Origin: Candidatus Latescibacterota bacterium
Lineage (GTDB): Bacteria; Latescibacterota; UBA2968; GCA-2709665
Direction: 5' to 3'
Assembly (NCBI GenBank): GCA_965219995.1
Contig: CBDCOX010000002.1
Span: forward strand, 2,432,001-2,496,000
DNA: 64,000 nucleotides
Shown here: piece after piece, positions 59,678 through 64,000 of the stretch
Layout of the letters: each line of letters opens with the position of its first letter
Numbering within the stretch: the first letter of the stretch is position 1
Made by a program: the position numbers and the translations under genes
Notes under the pieces: generated by a model
Told to the model about the DNA's origin: nothing
Seen by the model: only the letters and a program-made list of their open reading frames with translations
Database searches by the model: none

Positions 59678-59826
59678 CCGATACGAGCAAACAACGCATC
59701 CTGGTTACCGTAAAATCCTGCCCGACGCTTTCGTTGTTGCAAAACGCGACGGTTTGCGATAGACTCGGCGAGCTCATCGCTGGCGCCAAAAGCAACACAG
59801 TCTCGCTTGCTGTATTCAAGCCGGGC
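59674..59826 (+). pseudogene. Internally deleted, truncated partner gene of the DUF488 locus
   Basis: TTGA overlap; RILVTVKSCPTLS directly joined to ...SLAVFKP; cut by tandem repeat at 59827. Confidence 0.55.
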
Positions 59827-61500
59827 GATTCTTCGACTCCGCTCAGAATGACATGCGTCGTAATAACCAAAAGCGAGATGTTTCGGTCAACCCTTCGCCA
59901 AACTGTGACGAAGACGTTTCAAAGGTGGGGCGGGCACTCCTGTCTGCCGGCCTCGCGTCGTTCGGGCTTCCTCAATTCGGGCATTTCGACAAGCTCAATG
60001 ACCACGTATGGAAATGTTCAATGAACGTCATTGAGCCGCGAAATCGTTCCGTTCATACCCTCGCCCAACATGTCATCCTGAGGCGGCCGTTCTGCCTGCC
60101 GGCGGTTCATCGGCTGGCTGGCTGACGAAGGATCTACTGCGGCATCGCTTAAACCCGAGCGTCTTATATCATTCGCCCCGGGCTGGCAGGCGGCACGTTT
60201 GCGCCTACACGGTCGGGCTGAGCCGGCGCTAGAGAAACCAGGCCTCCGCGCATATGGGTCAGTGATGGCTTCCGCTACACTTCAAACCGAGAAGACGGGA
60301 GATTCTTCGACTCCGCTCAGAATGACATGCATTGCGATAGCCATTGGCGAGATGTTTCGGTCATACCTTCGCCAAACTGTGACGATGACGTTTTGAAGGT
60401 GGGGCGGACATTCCTGTCTGCCGGCCTCGCGTCGTTCGGGCTGCCTCAACGCGGGCATTTCGACAAGCTCAATGACCACGCGTTGTTAGGCAATCTCCGA
60501 TGTCGCTCAGAATGACAGACCGGCTGATCGCCAAACATGTCATCCTGAGGAAGCCGCCCTGCCTGCCAGCGGATCATCGGCAGGCTGGCTGACGAAGGAT
60601 CTACTGCGGCATCGCTTGATACCCGAGCGTGTTCTGTCATTCGCGGAGAGTTGGCAGGCGGCACGTTTGCGCCTACACGGTCAGGCTAAGCCGGCGCGAG
60701 AGAAACCATGCCTCCGCGCAAAGGTTTGTATTCAAAAGGCTTGCGCTACACGTCCCGTCGAGAAGACGGGAGATTCTTCGACTCCGCTCAGAATGACATG
60801 CATTGCGATAGCCATTGGCGAGATGTTTCGGTCATACCTTCGCCAAACTGTGACGAAGACGTTTCGAAGGTGGGGCGGACATTCCTGTCTGCCGGCCTCG
60901 GGTCGTTCGGGCTGCCTGAATGCGGGCATTTCGACAAGCCACTTCGGCAAGCTCAGTGCAAGCAATGACCACGCGTTGTTAGGCAAACTTCGATTTCGCT
61001 CAGAATGACAGGACGACCAACCGCCCAACCTGTCATCCTGAGGAAGCCGCCCAGCCTGCCGGCGATTCATCGGCAGGCAGGCTGACGAAGGATCTACTGC
61101 GGCATCGCTTAAACCCGAGCGTGTTCTGTCATTCACGGAGAGTTGGTAGGCGGCACGTTTGCGCCTACACGGTCAGGCTGAGCCGGCGTGAGAGAAACCA
61201 TGCCTCCGCGCATATGGGTCAGTGATGGCTTCCGCGGCACGTCAACCCGAGAAGACGGGAGATTCTTCGACTCCGCTCAGAATGACACGCGTCGTAATAA
61301 CCAAAAGCGAGATGTTTCGGTCATACCTTCGCCAAACTGTGACGAAGACGTTTCGAAGGTGGGGCGGACATTCCTGTCTGCCGGCCTCGCGTCGTTCGGG
61401 CTGCCTGAATGCGGGCATTTCGACAAGCTCAATGACCACGCGTTGGTAGGCAATCTCCGATGTCGCTCAGAATGACATGCGTTGCGATAGCCATTGGCGA
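59827..61500. repeat. Tandem array of ~475-bp composite REP units (3.5 copies)
   Basis: GATTCTTCGACTCCGCTCAGAATGACA at 59827, 60301, 60772, 61261 (periods 474, 471, 489) with conserved internal sequence. Confidence 0.92.
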
Positions 61501-61638
61501 ACCGCTGAGCCAACACCTTCGGCGTAACTGGCATCCAGAGAAGGCCGAGAGGGTGGCCAGGCGTCCGCCTGGCGCAGGCAGGCGCCGGCCCTTCGACAAG
61601 CTCAGGGACCGCGCTCAATGTGGGACCGGCTCGAACAC

Positions 61639-61662
61639 GGGCGGTTCGCGAACCGCCCCTAC
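61639..61662 (-). repeat. GTAG-type REP
   Basis: Minus strand GTAG-GGGCGGTTC-GC-GAACCGCCC. Confidence 0.6.
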
Positions 61663-61731
61663 AAAAAAACCGCGCGTCGTTGACGGCGAGCGGGGCACGT
61701 TGATGCGGTTATCAGGAAGAAAGGGAAGCCC

Positions 61732-62874
61732 ATGGATATCGCGGGGATTCGCGGCCGGATGCCGGGCCTGAAACACGGCGTTTACCTGAACACCGCCGGA
61801 ATCGGTCAGTCGCCGGTCAGCGTGAACGAGGCGGTCGCCGAGGGCTATCAGCAGTTGCGCGACGGCAGTGTCAGTACGAGCGACTGGTACGACGCAATGA
61901 CCAAGGCCCAGGACGAATTGCCGGCCGGAATCGCCGGCTTCTTCGGCGCCGATGCAGGGGAAATCGCGTTGACGATGAGCACCGGCGAAGGGTACGGGAT
62001 GGTGCTCAACGGGCTGCGGTGGCAACCGGGAGACGAGGTTCTCATTACCAATGAGGAACACCCGGTACCCCTCGAGGCCGCGCAGGGTCTGGCGGACCGG
62101 GAAGGGGCGATCATTAAGGTGGTCGAGATCGACCAGGACAAAGACCATTTTCTGGACCGGCTGGAGCAAACGATCACCCCGCGAACCCGGCTGATCTGTT
62201 TCAGCCATGTCACGACGGATTGGGGGACCCGGTTGCCCGCGCGCGAGATCTGCGAGCTGGCACGGGCCCGCGACATTCTCACGCTCTGGGATGGCTGCCA
62301 GGCCATCGGGCAGTTTCCGGTGGACCTGCATGAGATCGGCTGCGACTTCTACGCCACCAATTGCTACAAGTGGATGCTCTCGCCGATGGGTACCGGATTT
62401 CTCTACGTCAGGAAAAGCGCGCAGCAAGTCTTGAAGCCGCTGCGGCGGCCGCATGTTCCCAATGGTACGGCCCGGCAGTACGAGACGGGATCGCCGGCGC
62501 GCGCGCTCTACCTGGGTCTCGGCGCGGGTCTCGATTTTCTGGCCGGCATCGGCGGGCCGCAGGCCATCGCCGCGGAGGCGGGACCGAAAGCGGAATCGCT
62601 GCGCGAACGCTTCGACGCGATTCCCGGCGTGCGGGTCATCGGCTCACGCCGCGCCGAGACCCAAACCGGGATCGTCGCATTCGCTGTCGAGGGCATGGAA
62701 GGGAACGAAGTCTCTGACGCACTCCGGAACCGCTGGCAAATCGCCCAACGGGCGACCAACATCAACGAGCCTTCCGGTGTGCGGATTTCGGTGGCGTTCT
62801 ACACCACCGACTCGGAGCTGGATACGCTGGTCGAAGCGGTCACGACCCTGGCGGGCGAGATCGGGAATCGGTAA
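61732..62874 (+). CDS. Aminotransferase class V PLP enzyme (cysteine desulfurase/isopenicillin N epimerase-like)
   Basis: YLNTAG, EEHP, FSHV, WDGCQAIG, CYKWMLSP.GTGFL, RIS..FYT. Confidence 0.88.
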   Translation: MDIAGIRGRMPGLKHGVYLNTAGIGQSPVSVNEAVAEGYQQLRDGSVSTSDWYDAMTKAQDELPAGIAGFFGADAGEIALTMSTGEGYGMVLNGLRWQPGDEVLITNEEHPVPLEAAQGLADREGAIIKVVEIDQDKDHFLDRLEQTITPRTRLICFSHVTTDWGTRLPAREICELARARDILTLWDGCQAIGQFPVDLHEIGCDFYATNCYKWMLSPMGTGFLYVRKSAQQVLKPLRRPHVPNGTARQYETGSPARALYLGLGAGLDFLAGIGGPQAIAAEAGPKAESLRERFDAIPGVRVIGSRRAETQTGIVAFAVEGMEGNEVSDALRNRWQIAQRATNINEPSGVRISVAFYTTDSELDTLVEAVTTLAGEIGNR

Positions 62875-62958
62875 CCGGTAAGAGGCTGAATCCCTTCACA
62901 CTTGTAGCTGGCGCAGCCCGTTCGCACCCTTGTTCAATCCGGCTGACAGAATCTTCAC

Positions 62959-63065
62959 TTGATTCCGGGGTCCCTTTCCTGTAGATTGTCACGTCGCGAT
63001 CATTCGACAATTGGACGCTCGTATAAACGACAATTGGACGCTATTGAAACCGACAAATGGACGCT
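62959..63065 (+). promoter_or_regulatory. Putative promoter plus three 23-bp-period direct repeats
   Basis: TTGATT-17-TAGATT (62959-62987); CGACAA(T/A)TGGACGCT at 63005, 63028, 63051. Confidence 0.6.
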
Positions 63066-64000
63066 AACTGTTCCCTCTTTCCCCGCTCGCTGGCGCCTGT
63101 TCTTGGGGAGGCCCTGGCCGACACGCCGGTGGTCTGTCTCCTCGGACCGAGGCAAAGCGGGAAAACGACGCTCGTTCAGCAACTCGCGCCCGACCGCGCG
63201 TACGTCAGCCTGGACGATCAAAACTATTATCAGACCGCCCGGACCGATCCCTCCGGTTTCGTCGCCAGCCTGCCGGACGCGGTGACCCTGGACGAGGTGC
63301 AACGGGCGCCGGAACTGCTCCCCGCCATCAAGCGCGCCGTGGATCAGGACCGTCGTCCCGGTCGTTTCGTGCTGACCGGCTCGGCCAATCTGTTGCTGGT
63401 GCCAACGGTAACTGAATCCCTGGCCGGGCGGATGGAAATCGCGCAATTGCACCCGCTGACGGAATCCGAAAAAGAGCGCGCGCCGGGCCGCTTCCTCAGC
63501 GACCTGCTGAACGGCGCGATCAAACCGGGCATCCGGCCCGAGGCGGCGGCCGAAGCGCCCTCGCTGCAGGACCGACTGGTCGCCGGCGGCTATCCCGAGC
63601 CGCTGACCCGCGCGCCGGTCCGCTCCCGACAATGGCACCGTCAGTATCTGCGCAGCATCATCGATCGGGACGTGCAGGACGTGGCGCGGGTGAGAGATTC
63701 ACACGAGCTGGGTCGCCTGCTGGAGCTGTTGGCCCTTCGCAGCGCCGGATTGTTGAACACATGTAATCTGGCCAATGCCCTGGGCCTGCACCGGTCGACG
63801 GTAGATCACTACATCGCCGTCCTCGAACGGCTCTTTCTTGTGCGACGCCTGCCCGCGTGGCACCGAAACCCCACGAGACGGCTCATCAGAGCACCCAAGG
63901 TCCATCTCCTCGATAGCGGGCTGGCTGCAACCCTCGCCAACCTGACCGCGTACGACTGGCTGGGCAGGCGGGACCAGATGGGGCATCTGCTGGAGTCCTT
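63057..64000 (+). CDS. AAA_14 ATPase with DUF4143 domain, partial (runs off window end)
   Basis: Not in ORF track; ATG 63057, LLGPRQSGKTT, LDEVQRAP, LTGSA, ESLAGR, GGYPE, PK..L.DSGL. Confidence 0.88.
   Translation, partial: MDANCSLFPRSLAPVLGEALADTPVVCLLGPRQSGKTTLVQQLAPDRAYVSLDDQNYYQTARTDPSGFVASLPDAVTLDEVQRAPELLPAIKRAVDQDRRPGRFVLTGSANLLLVPTVTESLAGRMEIAQLHPLTESEKERAPGRFLSDLLNGAIKPGIRPEAAAEAPSLQDRLVAGGYPEPLTRAPVRSRQWHRQYLRSIIDRDVQDVARVRDSHELGRLLELLALRSAGLLNTCNLANALGLHRSTVDHYIAVLERLFLVRRLPAWHRNPTRRLIRAPKVHLLDSGLAATLANLTAYDWLGRRDQMGHLLES

Noticed and set aside
59827-61500. Short ORFs repeated in the tandem array, or a CRISPR array
   Set aside because: Frames are not conserved between units and derive from palindromic DNA; no repeat-spacer pattern
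62959-63285. Frameshifted ATPase or 108-aa ORF
   Set aside because: The frame from ATG 63057 appears open to the window end and was simply omitted for lacking a stop

Overview
High-GC bacterial window; the PorV, FlgD-Ig CTD, GWxTD, DUF6785 and dockerin-like proteins suggest a Latescibacterota/Gemmatimonadota-like FCB-group organism (inference). Positions 1-42.1 kb form a mostly minus-strand uptake/catabolic super-locus. It holds 3 GH109-like Gfo/Idh/MocA oxidoreductases, 4 homocysteine S-methyltransferase paralogs (one lacking all Zn-ligand Cys), 2 DUF6785 membrane proteins and a TonB receptor-CTD protein-PorV-GWxTD-TonB operon. It also holds a split Opp ABC transporter, a YetA/RG-lyase-like protein, FG-GAP/CRTAC1, TPR, M14, transglutaminase-like and temptin-like CxxCH proteins. 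Four intergenic clusters of nested heptamer-armed palindromes (11 cores) punctuate this locus. Positions 42.8-61.5 kb are a defence/mobile hotspot: broken toxin-antitoxin pairs, a four-helix-bundle gene inside nested complementary heptamer tracts, a 55-aa ORF missing from the track, type I R-M with PrrC, and type II Thoeris. The hotspot also has IS3/IS21 remnants with five co-oriented IS21-like ends, a DUF488 locus and a ~475-bp tandem REP-composite repeat. The window ends with a class V PLP enzyme and a partial AAA-DUF4143 ATPase. No rRNA, tRNA or CRISPR array was recognised. All family calls come from motif recognition, not database searches.
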